Shown piece by piece: positions 63,941-64,000 of a stretch of DNA of 64,000 nucleotides. Every line of letters starts with the position of its first letter. The first letter of the stretch is position 1. The notes beneath the pieces were generated by a model. That model did no database searches and was not told the DNA's origin. It saw only the letters and a program-made list of their open reading frames with translations. Source of the DNA: Callorhinchus milii (lineage: Eukaryota). A program made the position numbers and the translations under genes. The DNA is taken from positions 96,288,001 through 96,352,000 of the forward strand of contig NW_024704743.1 of the NCBI RefSeq assembly GCF_018977255.1, in the 5' to 3' direction.

Positions 63941-63977
<37 letters not shown>

Positions 63978-64000
63978 CCTACACCCACACACACACACCC
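63834..64000. repeat. Compound (CA)n microsatellite
   Basis: CA runs interspersed with a repeated ccccctacaccc unit. Confidence 0.9.

Overview
Eukaryotic (vertebrate) genomic DNA, not prokaryotic. The repeat content (LINE-2 and CR1 fragments, tRNA-headed SINEs with L2-type tails, DeuSINE-like and LF-SINE-like elements) suggests a cartilaginous fish, possibly a holocephalan; this is an inference. The window is dominated by the 3' part of one + strand gene. I assembled 30 GT-AG coding exons by hand (5472-58984, 7186 nt, every splice phase compatible, ~2394 aa). They encode a type III ('nonchordate-type', Drosophila DN-cadherin-like / Hz-cadherin-like) classical cadherin: at least 14 cadherin repeats, an NC domain, EGF and two laminin-G modules, a transmembrane helix and a p120/beta-catenin-binding tail. 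Its 5' exons lie upstream of the window. The introns hold decayed retroelements, palindromic MITE-like elements and a 5S rRNA pseudogene. The most notable observations are (i) a 40-bp minisatellite at ~63199-63550 in which every unit looks like a complete CTCF site with its upstream TGCAG module, next to a CpG-rich promoter-like segment; (ii) apparent loss of the Gly-Ser cleavage motif in the cadherin NC domain; (iii) a nested inverted SINE pair in the putative 3' UTR. No CRISPR or other prokaryotic system is present. All family names and motif matches are from recall and need database confirmation.
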